From: a virus
Taxonomy: Duplodnaviria > Caudoviricetes
IMG/VR virus record: IMGVR_UViG_3300042997_000909
Coordinates: 59,451 to 123,450 of that record
Length of the DNA: 64,000 bases
Direction: 5' to 3' (one strand)
This document shows, piece by piece, positions 37,301-47,600 of the stretch. Positions within the stretch are counted from its first letter, which is position 1. Every line of letters starts with the position of its first letter. The position numbers and the translations under genes were made by a program. The notes under the pieces are model-generated. The model ran no database searches and had not been told where the DNA came from. It worked only from the letters and a program-made list of their open reading frames with translations.

Positions 37301-39934
37301 ACACTACGTCTTGTAAGAAAGAATTCATGGTTCTATCTTTTCTATAATGGTGTACGCGATTACTTTACTGAGTCAGAGTTAAACATGGCATATAGGGATT
37401 ATGGTGTAGAAGACTCTCAGAAATTCTATGACGTTTATGGACGTTCTTTTAATGATTTGTCTACAATGTTCAGGTCAGATCAAATTACTAAACCAGCATT
37501 TTACAAATATGATTTATCACTCAGTAGTTCCAAGTTATTCAACAACCTCGCAAATTGGGGAAATATCTTACCACGCGACTATGACCCACAACTCTACTCA
37601 ACATGTTTTGAGTACTATCCAAGAAGAAGTGTCTATTCGCTACGTCAACAAGCAGGACTTAGAAGAGACAACTGGAGAAACTTTTTGCCTCTCAATTACA
37701 AAGACTTCAATGGCAGAATAAATATAATCAAACCACTTAATGCAACTGGTTGTGTAATTCTTTTTGAAAATGCAGAACCTACTACATTTGTGGGTGTTGA
37801 TCAGTTACAAACACAGGGAGGAGTTAAAGTTACAATTGGTGATAGTGGATTATTCCAGCAAAACTTTCAAAGTCTTGTAAATGCAGATGATGCCTTATCA
37901 TATGGTTCATCTATATCATCACGTGCTGCGGTAAACACACCATATGGGTTATTCTTTGTGTCACAAGATATAGGAAAAATATTTGTGACAACTGGAACTA
38001 ATCTTGATGAGATATCTCGTAGTGGTTTAAAATTCTGGTTTGCAGAAAACCTTCCTTCAAAAATGTTGGAAGTATATCCTGACTATCCACTATATGATAA
38101 TCCAGTAGCAGGGATTGGTGTACAAGCAATATATGATTCAATGTATGAGTTAGTCTACTTTACAAAAAGAGACTATGTGCCATTGCGTAATGACTTATTA
38201 TTTGATGATCCATCTGGCGTACCTTACTATTTATGTGGTACTGCTGAACCTAATCCAGACACACCAGATGCAAAACGTTCAGATAATATTGACTTTAAAT
38301 CTTTGACATTAAAAAGTGAAACTGACTGTACGCCACCATTGGATATAGCTATTGTTTTAGATATAACAGGTAGTATGGGTGCGGTTTTAGCTAATACTAA
38401 GGCAAGTATTGTAGCTATTGCAAATCAAGCTGCTACTACTTCTAACAATGATTATAGAATAGGTGTAATTACTGTGAATCAGATAACTTCTACTTCTACA
38501 AACAATACAATTGTTGAACCTTTTAGCTTAAACAATATTGCAACACTTCAACCAAACGTTAATGCAATAACATTAGGATCTGGTGTAGGTATTCCTGAAC
38601 CAACGGATGTTGCAATAAGAGATATACTTGAAGATGCATTGGGTGCGTTTAGAACAGATGCAACAAAGATGATTATAGTAATAACTGATGCTGTACCTTC
38701 TGGAGAAAATGATGATACATTCAATGCAATAGATCAAGCAGAAGTACTTGCAATATCCAATATTGCAGCATCAATGGGAGTTCAAATTTATCCAATTGCA
38801 ACAGGTGCAGGTGTATCAATTCCTAATGTGCAAGCAGTACATGATACGTATGCAACAATATCAGGTGGTACAGCATACAATTCACCATCTGGTGCTATTG
38901 GAACAATTGTAGAAGATATTATCAAAAGTGTTGAGTGTCCTGTATCTTGTGAGTTCTCAATAAACAAAGTTGATATTAACCAAGGAGAAACTATTCAGTT
39001 GGTATGGAATTCATCTGGAGCCACAAATGGTATTATTACACCTGGTAATTATGAAGTATATCCAAGTGGTTCACTTACATTGACACCTTTGGTTAGTACT
39101 ACATACACATTAACAATGTTTGGTGCTAATGATACAACAAGTGTTTGTACAGTTAGTGTTAAAGTAGATCCTGCACCATTGAAATGTCCTTGTGCATTTG
39201 ATGATCCACTTTGTTTTGAACCTTGTAACTGGACAGTAAGCTATGATCCAAAATCTAAAATATGGATAAGCTTCCATGACTGGCATCCAACACTTATGAT
39301 GCCTTCTTATCAGAACTTCTTTACAATAAACAATAACAAAATTTGGAAACATAATGATCGTTGGGATAGTTTCTGTAACTACTATGGTACTAACTATCCA
39401 TGGGAAATTGAGTATCCTGTTGTGACACCAAATCAAGTTACTACTCTTAGAAGTTTTGAGTATTATCTAGATGTGTATAAATTCTACAATGATGGTAAAG
39501 ATTTTCACCATGTGCTAGATCAAAACTTTGACAGAGCAGTTATCTATAACTCTGAACAGATTTCTGGTATCCTTAAAATGCGAATAAAGCAAAAAGGTAA
39601 TCCATTAGACATCCTTGCAAATCCTGTAATTGGTCCTGACTATATTGAAATACTTTTTGCCAAAGAAGAAAACAAATATAGATTCAATACATTTTGGGAT
39701 ATTACAGATGATAGAGGAGAATTTTCTGGTACAAAACTTCCAATGTGGAGAACTAAATGTTCTGGCTATAAGAAAGATATAAATCCTGAGTATGTAGACT
39801 ACAACAAGTCACCATTGGAACACAAAAAGTTTAGACACTATGGTAACAGAGTTATTCTAAGAAAGAACATAAGTGGTGATAACAAAATGATTCTTAAACT
39901 TGTAAATACTAAAAACTTAAATAGTCCAAGATGA
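34340..39934 (+). CDS. tail stabilisation / muzzle protein with vWA and Ig-like insertion
   Basis: 1864 aa; GNEPSN, YMRDEVYSY, FGGDVYINRY, TPYGLFF, WTVSYD...WISFHDW.P motifs; vWA DITGS...TD...ITDA at ~38330-38940. Confidence 0.75.
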   Translation: MADNTQNTTGVKTNSFNKGMVKDNTDIFMSEGLWYNAINAINNSHYGETGSIGNEPSNKFCAQAPYTIIGYAFIRETEWLVFSTNNIDSEIGIFDESKCSYTKLINDTCLNFKTTNLITAFVKENYDCTFSGYWQDNLNPDRVMNLNNIPYICVPASEDPCDGDICTDRLDCNKIRLHPLVKQPCVNIRKAIGSGQIINGSYMAAIAYSENGIRLTEYSMPSVPQGLWKDSGFGGSLEINLDDLDPQFEEYELVIISVNTQNAIAKKIGYYNINQKIVIIDVIQGALETIPLSYIPLRNVVYDKSEKMAVVNGYLIRSGVSTQPYINYQIQANKIQTNWVAVEYDTNYYWNGGNVMGYMRDEVYSYFIRWIYNTGNRTASYHIPGRAAIPSDLLPVSGDDIVDPTEQFAWQVYDTSTKVPASGSEKDGGIVIARGNMGYWESIERYPVNPEVWGDLCYKPIRHHKMPSNETIHIHNQGGSRIIVLGVEFSNIEPPVDLDGNPISEIVGYEILRGSREGNKSIVAKGIFANMLEFNINGQTSKKGLMQNYPYNDVRPDPFLSDDYTILDNNENEDPWENASKLNKYKKNYLSFHSVETNFERPAFGTNYIKVYTEEKGTATGQFELPYKHPRFKLLTDNAFTLSVAVGLGIALIEALGKSTVKGGNFPLVAATGAPYADAARESGSATTISDLITGGILSGLSTGGQANVVGTVAGIVQFAISLGFWIPRGMSVVLDLIRNMSNYRDYLLQYNSHGFYSNYTNVNNTSVPSGYNKAFRRRIEDNMIKYVGMHIQDFDNTYRINNLYRTKFVGLKLTKDLPLPVSIDNSKKRVKDVSGISYKDPFGEFTSSICQYYGAIKVDYQNQYGQLYGIVQIPTDSCVYETVPAVGVTYNTNAIFGGDVYINRYTEKNAHFFFNTWMLGEMDGTEWDYRNYVNGPAPRYWASYQNFDASDFNITFDWNFPSQLLPDLDLTTPSDNYRLDAANNGFTLRLVRKNSWFYLFYNGVRDYFTESELNMAYRDYGVEDSQKFYDVYGRSFNDLSTMFRSDQITKPAFYKYDLSLSSSKLFNNLANWGNILPRDYDPQLYSTCFEYYPRRSVYSLRQQAGLRRDNWRNFLPLNYKDFNGRINIIKPLNATGCVILFENAEPTTFVGVDQLQTQGGVKVTIGDSGLFQQNFQSLVNADDALSYGSSISSRAAVNTPYGLFFVSQDIGKIFVTTGTNLDEISRSGLKFWFAENLPSKMLEVYPDYPLYDNPVAGIGVQAIYDSMYELVYFTKRDYVPLRNDLLFDDPSGVPYYLCGTAEPNPDTPDAKRSDNIDFKSLTLKSETDCTPPLDIAIVLDITGSMGAVLANTKASIVAIANQAATTSNNDYRIGVITVNQITSTSTNNTIVEPFSLNNIATLQPNVNAITLGSGVGIPEPTDVAIRDILEDALGAFRTDATKMIIVITDAVPSGENDDTFNAIDQAEVLAISNIAASMGVQIYPIATGAGVSIPNVQAVHDTYATISGGTAYNSPSGAIGTIVEDIIKSVECPVSCEFSINKVDINQGETIQLVWNSSGATNGIITPGNYEVYPSGSLTLTPLVSTTYTLTMFGANDTTSVCTVSVKVDPAPLKCPCAFDDPLCFEPCNWTVSYDPKSKIWISFHDWHPTLMMPSYQNFFTINNNKIWKHNDRWDSFCNYYGTNYPWEIEYPVVTPNQVTTLRSFEYYLDVYKFYNDGKDFHHVLDQNFDRAVIYNSEQISGILKMRIKQKGNPLDILANPVIGPDYIEILFAKEENKYRFNTFWDITDDRGEFSGTKLPMWRTKCSGYKKDINPEYVDYNKSPLEHKKFRHYGNRVILRKNISGDNKMILKLVNTKNLNSPR

Positions 39935-41721
39935 TGAATTCAAATGATAAAAAATGGACAGTAGCTGAGGTTCTGACAAATTTTGGTCAGAGACAATCTC
40001 AGATACAACAAGAAAAAATGGTCAAACAGCAATTGAAAGATGCATTAATGCAGAATCAAGCGCAAAGTTTGAGTCAGTTTGTTCCAGGTATGCAGCAGGA
40101 AATGCCACCTATGCAACAAGATATGTCTTTAGATCAGGCATATCAAGAAGCAAAGCGTGGGGGTATTCATTTAGACCCACGTAAAAAAGGCACGTTCAAA
40201 GCTCAAGCTACGCGCATGGGCATGTCTATTCAAGAAGCAGCATCTCACATTTTGGCTAATAGAAAAGAGTATTCACCAGCAATGGTCAAGAAGGCAAACT
40301 TTGCTAGAAACTTTGCAAAGGAAGAAGGTGGTGAGATGATGGATAATCCATGTCCTGATGGCTATGTTTGGGATGGTGTAAATTGTATCCCTGCTGGACA
40401 ACGTATTGATCAACTTAAAAACTTGCTATTAGAAAAACAAACAGCAAATCGCGCAACTGGGAACAAGAGAACAATAGAAATGGTTTACACAAATCCAGGG
40501 ACATACATTGTAAAAGATGAAAATGGTCAAGTTTTGTATGAAGGACCTAACGATACTCTTGCTAAATCTATATATGCAGCAGGTAAGGAAGGACCAAAAG
40601 ATGTCAGAATGATGCCTTCAATGATTGGTGTAGAACCTACAGATCCTAGATTAAAAGGGTGGGCACAAGATCCAAATACACCTTTTAAAAAAGGCGGTGA
40701 GATGATCAAACGTGCAGATGGCAGTTATTCTCAAAGAGGTCTTTGGGATAATATCAGAGCAAATCGTGGTAGTGGTAAAGAACCAACAAAGGAAATGTTG
40801 CAACAAGAACGCAAAATAAGACGTAAAGCTGAAGGTGGTCCAACTGACTGTCCTGAAGATTTTGAATGGAATGAAACATTACAATCATGTGTACCAATAG
40901 TAACTGAAAACTACGCAAAAGATTATCTAACAGATTGGTACTCGCGCAGAGGAAAAGTTGTAAATGATCCAAATTTTGATGGATTATCTAAACCAAAAGG
41001 TCATGCAGAATGGTTGGGTAAAGTCTTACCAATGATAAATGAAAGAATGGCTACGTCACCTTTAACATATGCGTATCCTGATATAATTGATGGTGATCCA
41101 GCTTTACGTGGTACATACACTCGTCAGACAAAAACGCAAGGTCCAGTAATTGAGATATCTTCTATGGCAAGACAAAATCCTTTTGAGCATGCTGCAACTG
41201 ATTTACACGAACGAACGACAGACTCAACTTTTACTGCTGAAAAGTATGTAGAACCTCAACATCAGAAAATCATAAATGAAAACATAAAGTCATATGAAGA
41301 TTTTCGCGATGCAAGTCCAATAGCTGACCAAGTAAAAGCTGATCAAGCACTTGACGATGAGTTATATGATGAGTACATGTATTCAACTGGTCAAACACCT
41401 GAAGGTTTAGGAAACATGCACTCATACGTAATGAATTGGCGTAAAATGTTTAATATGGATCCAACAAAGGTATACTCAGAAGAAGAAATAGCTGATATGG
41501 TTAAACAAGCTGAAAACGCTGGAATGTTTACAAAAGGTAGTCCAGCATTTAATGATGATATGTACAAGCTGTTTAAACTTTCTAAAGATAACAAAAGTAT
41601 GACAGATCTGTTTAACTTGATGGTAAACAATACATCACCAGTAAAACCAAACAGATTTAATGATGACATACAGTATGCAAAGCATGGTGGTAGTTTTGGA
41701 TATATGCCTGATTTTTTTTAA
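39931..41721 (+). CDS. GG-punctuated multidomain cargo protein with degenerate zincin
   Basis: AKRGG, EEGG, FKKGG, AEGG, KHGG; two CPx[GD][YF]xW..C modules; basic mini-domains; HERTT. Confidence 0.75.
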   Translation: MMNSNDKKWTVAEVLTNFGQRQSQIQQEKMVKQQLKDALMQNQAQSLSQFVPGMQQEMPPMQQDMSLDQAYQEAKRGGIHLDPRKKGTFKAQATRMGMSIQEAASHILANRKEYSPAMVKKANFARNFAKEEGGEMMDNPCPDGYVWDGVNCIPAGQRIDQLKNLLLEKQTANRATGNKRTIEMVYTNPGTYIVKDENGQVLYEGPNDTLAKSIYAAGKEGPKDVRMMPSMIGVEPTDPRLKGWAQDPNTPFKKGGEMIKRADGSYSQRGLWDNIRANRGSGKEPTKEMLQQERKIRRKAEGGPTDCPEDFEWNETLQSCVPIVTENYAKDYLTDWYSRRGKVVNDPNFDGLSKPKGHAEWLGKVLPMINERMATSPLTYAYPDIIDGDPALRGTYTRQTKTQGPVIEISSMARQNPFEHAATDLHERTTDSTFTAEKYVEPQHQKIINENIKSYEDFRDASPIADQVKADQALDDELYDEYMYSTGQTPEGLGNMHSYVMNWRKMFNMDPTKVYSEEEIADMVKQAENAGMFTKGSPAFNDDMYKLFKLSKDNKSMTDLFNLMVNNTSPVKPNRFNDDIQYAKHGGSFGYMPDFF

Positions 41722-41727
41722 CTTTAA

Positions 41728-44604
41728 GTGATGGCAATATTTACTCAAGATAGAATGTATGAAATGCTTGGAGATATTTCCAAGAAGCAAAAGCGCACTT
41801 ATAAAAGAGGTGGGTTAACAGAGGCAGATTGTCCTTTTGGATACAGTCTTGTAAATGGGGAATGTGTTCCAGATCCAGATTGTGAAGATGGTCAATGTCG
41901 TGAGACTGATGAGATTCAGGCAATATATGACAAAGCAGACAGTATTCCAAACAGAGTTGTTGATTTTGAAAAAGGAGTTGTTGAACGTGCTAAACAAACA
42001 GGAACAGATACGCAGTATCCAGATGCCAGAAAGATATGGAGAGAAGAAGGTATAAAAAGTTTTGTTGAACCAAGTTGCATGTATATTGCAGGTCTTGGTT
42101 ATAGATGTGCACCAGAAACTGAAGACTATTTTAAAAAATTCAACCCAGTGCATTTCAATTCTAATATTGGATTTATACATGCTGTAGATAGAGGAGATGT
42201 TCCATTTAAAAGAACTGGAAAGTTTTCTGATAGAAACTTTGACGCATTGGAAAAAGGAAATGTGCAAGTTGGTGATATTGTAAATTTTAAAGGTGCTGAT
42301 AATTCCCATGCTATGACTTTTATAGGATATACAGATGATGGGCATCCTAAATATATAGATAGCAATGGTTCACCAGTAGATTATGGTATTGGAAGTGTTT
42401 GGAAAAACTTAAGACCTAACACAGTTGGTCTAGGACCTGATCATGCGTATGTTAATAGATTTGATACTGAGAGATACGTTCAAGATACTTATGGTAAACA
42501 GGTAGCTGATCTTGAAAAACAAGCACGTGAGAATCCTACATTTTACAAACAAGGTGGTTTAACTCAGTATGCACCAGGTGGTGATTGGCCTCCACTTAAA
42601 AAAGGTGCAGTTTATGTTAATCCCCTTTACATGGGTAACTTTGTTGGAGGTAATAATAGTTTTGATACTTTAACTGGAGAAAATGCTGCATATGATATAT
42701 ACAATCCATACAGTGCTTCTTCTTTTAATGTAGGTGTACAATTACCACTTAGCAAAAATAGAAGAATTGATTCAGAGAAAACAAAAGGTTGGATGATGGA
42801 TGCTTATGTTGGTATGCCATACAGTCAAATGATTGGAGAAGATGCAAAATTTTTACCATCAGCTGGAGTAAAATTTGATTATGAAAACTCTCCTCAAAAT
42901 GATCCAACATATGGTTTTAGAAAATTTAGACCATTTGTTAATGTTGGTGCTGAATACAGTCCTACTGATGGATTTGGTGTTGGTGTATTTGGTGGAGGAA
43001 GAACACCTTTTGGTAAAACAGTTAAACCAGGTTATGGCGCTGGTCATATGGATGCATATGCTGGATTTCAAGGAGGTTTAAATCTTGGTAAAGGAAAAGC
43101 CCAAATGTCACCAATAATAGGTGGAAGACTAAAAGGTGAATATGAACCTGATAGAAAGTCTTTTCTTAATAAAGTTTTAGGAGATGATGTTTCTATTTTT
43201 GGAGAAGCTGGTGCAACTGCTAATTTCTTTAAAGGTAAAATGACCCAAAGAGAAACAGATGATATGGAAGTAGTAGCTACTGGTAATAATAGTGTATATG
43301 GAGGACCTGATTTTGGCACTGCTGAAAGAGAGATTCAATCTCAACCAGATACAGTTGGTGTAGGATTTGACTTCTATGGAAATGTTGGACTTAAAAAGAA
43401 ATTTAGTGATTTTAAATCAACAAAAAAGAAAGTTGCTGATAAAAGAATTCAAGAAAAACAAGAAGATGAACAAAGAGCTTTTCAAGAAAATGAAATAGAA
43501 AAAGAAGAACCTAAAAAGGAGAAACCTAAAAAGGAATGTCCTGAAGGAGAAAGAAGATATTGTGCAGATTGTCCATGTGAGCCAGTAGAAAAAGTTAAAC
43601 ATCCTAGATGGTTAGAATTTGGTGGTTCAATAAATACATATGCAGAAGGTGGGGAACCATGTCCTGATGGTTACATAAGAAATGAAAATGGACGATGTAT
43701 TCCTGCAAATTATGATCCTAATGTTGCAAAAGAAAACACAGATTTTTTAAAATCAATGGCAAATAGTCCATTGTTTACAGAAAGATATGCACGTATGGTT
43801 GGTAAGCCTCTTGAAGATGTTACTCAAGAAGCAGAAAATTACAAACAACAAATACTTCAAAATTTAGAAACTGTACAAATGGGTGATTCAGCATATCCCC
43901 CTGTTCCTTATGAAACAGCAGCAGCATACTATTTCAATAATCCAGAATTAGAACAGTATTCTGAAAACTTAAAGAATGTAGAAACATTAATGAATAGTTT
44001 ACCTACTAGAGGAAAATATAACAAAGAGTTAAGAGCACAGTATCAAAATATGTATGATGATGCTAAAAAAGTATTAGATGCCAAATCAGAAATTTCACAT
44101 AAAGTTTATTTTAAAGATTGGAACAAAGCTCATGACTTACATGAAAGATCACATGCTTCTGTAAAAGGTGATTTAAAAGTTGCAAATCCATATAAATTTA
44201 AAGATTTATCTAAAGATCCTTTGCAAAAGATGATAGTTGAACTTATGTATCCACCAGATGATCAAGAGTATTATGAGTCTCCTGATGAAATAAAATCAGC
44301 AAAAGATGTGTCTGCAGAAGTAATGATGAAATTAGGACTTTATGATCCAGTGAATGGAAACTTTACTCCAGAACATTATAAAAAACTTATTGACTTAAGA
44401 AAATCTGGAAAATTAGATCCAAAAACAGAAAGTCAGATATATAGGATAACAGCACCATATACTGAAGAAGAAACAATAAGAATGTTTAATGATATAGTTC
44501 AAAAAGATTTAAACACTAACACAGAGTTTCAAACACAAACTGCAAGATTTGGAGGTCAATCAAATTTTGAAAAGGTAACTTTGCTAAACAAATTTTTCAG
44601 ATAA
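41728..44604 (+). CDS. GG-punctuated cargo protein: NlpC/P60-like + beta-barrel + zincin
   Basis: PSCM...VGDIVNF..SHAM; amphipathic beta strands; HERSH...PDE; segments separated by paired GG motifs. Confidence 0.75.
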   Translation: MMAIFTQDRMYEMLGDISKKQKRTYKRGGLTEADCPFGYSLVNGECVPDPDCEDGQCRETDEIQAIYDKADSIPNRVVDFEKGVVERAKQTGTDTQYPDARKIWREEGIKSFVEPSCMYIAGLGYRCAPETEDYFKKFNPVHFNSNIGFIHAVDRGDVPFKRTGKFSDRNFDALEKGNVQVGDIVNFKGADNSHAMTFIGYTDDGHPKYIDSNGSPVDYGIGSVWKNLRPNTVGLGPDHAYVNRFDTERYVQDTYGKQVADLEKQARENPTFYKQGGLTQYAPGGDWPPLKKGAVYVNPLYMGNFVGGNNSFDTLTGENAAYDIYNPYSASSFNVGVQLPLSKNRRIDSEKTKGWMMDAYVGMPYSQMIGEDAKFLPSAGVKFDYENSPQNDPTYGFRKFRPFVNVGAEYSPTDGFGVGVFGGGRTPFGKTVKPGYGAGHMDAYAGFQGGLNLGKGKAQMSPIIGGRLKGEYEPDRKSFLNKVLGDDVSIFGEAGATANFFKGKMTQRETDDMEVVATGNNSVYGGPDFGTAEREIQSQPDTVGVGFDFYGNVGLKKKFSDFKSTKKKVADKRIQEKQEDEQRAFQENEIEKEEPKKEKPKKECPEGERRYCADCPCEPVEKVKHPRWLEFGGSINTYAEGGEPCPDGYIRNENGRCIPANYDPNVAKENTDFLKSMANSPLFTERYARMVGKPLEDVTQEAENYKQQILQNLETVQMGDSAYPPVPYETAAAYYFNNPELEQYSENLKNVETLMNSLPTRGKYNKELRAQYQNMYDDAKKVLDAKSEISHKVYFKDWNKAHDLHERSHASVKGDLKVANPYKFKDLSKDPLQKMIVELMYPPDDQEYYESPDEIKSAKDVSAEVMMKLGLYDPVNGNFTPEHYKKLIDLRKSGKLDPKTESQIYRITAPYTEEETIRMFNDIVQKDLNTNTEFQTQTARFGGQSNFEKVTLLNKFFR

Positions 44605-47600
44605 TGAAAGAGTACAACTACAATGGCGTAAGATATAAGAGGGACAACAATGGCCAGTGGCAATACTTTGATCCTACATACAATAAGTGGGTTTATACTT
44701 ATTATAATGCTCCATCTATTAATGGTACTGCTGTATATGACTCCACACAACTTGAAAAAATCTTTAAATCAAAAGATCCATACCTAAAAGAAACTACTAC
44801 AGAAAAAGTAGATTTAGATGCAGCAAATGCAAAGAAAGCTCAGGATCGTTCGAACATACTAAACAGTGCTCTTATACCTACACAAAATAAGATTAACTAC
44901 GTATCTAAAAATGCACCAACAATAGAAAATGCAAATGCCTTAAAGGACTTGCAGGTGCAAAAGCAAAAAGAAGATGAGCAGGCTCGTAAAGAGAATGAGT
45001 TGAAACAACAGGAGGCTGACAGACTTCAAGCTTTAAGAAATTCTGGTTCTGACAATACACGTGTACAAATCAATACTGATGCATTTACAAAGATTCCCAC
45101 AATGGAAGAAAATTTCCAACAGTGGGAGAACATAACAAAAAGACAAAAGGAAGAAGCAAGAAGACTAGTAATGAATGGTGATGTTGCAAAGCATTTTCCT
45201 CATTTAACTGAATACTATCTATCTAAAGAAAATTCTCACAGACCTGGTGGTCCATTGACATTAGAGGAAATTGTATTAGAAAGAATGCGTACAAATCCTA
45301 ACTTTTTTGAAGCATTGGATCAACGAAAGTTTGCTGACTTTAAACGCAGAGAACAGAAAGCATATGATGATATGAACTGGTTTGAAAAAGGAGCCAACTT
45401 TATTACAGCAGTAGCTGCAGATCCACTACAAACACCTTGGAATTTAATTACAAGAGGAGAAGGTCCTTTAGCATATCAAGCATCAATGTCTCTTGAACCT
45501 GAAGGTTTAGGAGAAGATTACAAGTACTATGATAAGATGACACACAAAAGTGATGGTCTTTTATCACCACTAAATGACATGATTAACTATGTTAATCCAT
45601 TTAGATCTGCTGTATCAGCAGGTATGAATCTTGGACAAGGTGATTATGGCGATGCAGCATGGGATGCCGCTACAATAATACCTTTGCTTAAAGGTGCTAA
45701 GTATGGTTGGAAAGGTATGAATGCTTTAATGAAAGCTAAGCCAATATCTATACTAGATAATCTTGGTCCAAATATGCTGCGCAACTCGTCACCACTTGTT
45801 CAAAAAATTGCTAATAAAGCATCTGTAGGATCAATGTTGGGTGGGTATGGTGCTTATGAAGGTGTGTCTCATAATTTTCCAAATGCTTTTAAAGCATATA
45901 GTGAAGGTGATATTGGGAAAGGTAATGAAGAATTAATAATGGGTATGTTGATGACAACGCCTCTTGCTATGGAAGTAAATGCAAGTAAGGTACTACCAAG
46001 AACTGTAAATGCTTTAAAAAATACAAAAAGCACAGCACTACCTGTTATGGGTGAGACTGCTGAATTTGCACCTGCAACATTGGCATCAGAAGTAGATGAT
46101 GCTGCAAGACTTAAACCATATTCTGATAATGCTAGATATGAATATAAAACACTAACAGCAGATGATGCAGCAAAACTAAAAGCTGAAAATCCAAACATAA
46201 ATACAGAAAAAGTACTTAAAGACACAGGTGTACCAACACAAGAAGTATCAATCTACAATGAAGGCAAACTAGGACAAGCAGAAGCATTTGATGATTCAGG
46301 TGATTTTGCTGTAAACTGGGGTGTAAAAGATATTGACAAGTACAATGAAATGGTTGCAAGTACTTCTGAAGCTGATATGTTATCTGCTAAAATAACTAGA
46401 CTAAATGCTTCTCCAACAAACCAGCAAATAATGCAGAAGGCTAGTGATATCAATAAGGTAATAATGGATGACTATTATGCTGCAAACAATATAAAATCTT
46501 ATGATGAGTTTTTAAAAACTGACCTCAATGATTTTTACAAATTTCAAAATCAAAAAATTTCTGAATTAGCAGCACAAGATCCAGATGTTATTACTATTCT
46601 TAAAAATAATGAGAATCTTTGGAACCAGCGACAGGCATTGATTAATAAAAGAGATGCTATCAGAACAAAACTTGCTGGAGGTGCTGAAGATGCAATTGAT
46701 CCAACATTTAAACAAAAGGTGATTAACTTGTATAAAGAAGCTGGTGTACCTGAAGATCAAATTCCTAAGAATGCTTTTCAAAATAGAGGACAGTTAATAA
46801 CAGATTTTGGCAAAGAAAGAACCAAACTTGTTGACATGGATTATCGCGATCCATTGTCAGAACCATCTTTTGCTGCATTATCAGATTCTGATCAAATGAC
46901 ATTAGCTAATGATTGGAAAGATATAGGTGGTGTAAGAACAGGCGAATCTTCAATAACACTTGCTTCAAAAGTACATGAACCACAATTTCACACAGTTAGA
47001 AGAAGAGACTTTAGTCCAGTTACAAGAATGCTTGAAGAACCAAGAGAATACACACCTTGGAAACCATGGACATGGAAAAACAAAAACTTTGTACCAAGAT
47101 CAAGAACAGATTGGGAACCATTCTATCATGACGAACCAACACTAATAGAAACAAGTATTAAAACTTCATATTCACCAGAATATGTTGGAGGCGTAAATGT
47201 ACATGAGGTAGGTCATGACTATCAGAAGTTTTATGACTATTGGGCGTCATTATTAGGAGACTATGATCCTGCAGTTGGTTATTTTACAGGTAGTGGTAAA
47301 AATCCAATTGCACAAAGATTTAAAGATGCAATGGTTGAAGCAAAACCAGTAGATCCTGTAACTGGAAAACGTGTAGCTGGAACATGGGCAAGTGCACCTA
47401 TTGAGCTTCATTCAGAATTGATGAGAGCTAGATATGACTTTTATACGCAAATGAAAGCAGCAAAACCTGAGTTATCTCAAAAGCAAATTATGGACTGGAT
47501 TAAAAATGCTGAGGCCAATGATGACGCAAGTCTTTTTGATTTTTACAATCAAACATTAAAAAGTCATTTTAAAGAAACAACACCAATGACAGAAAGAAGA

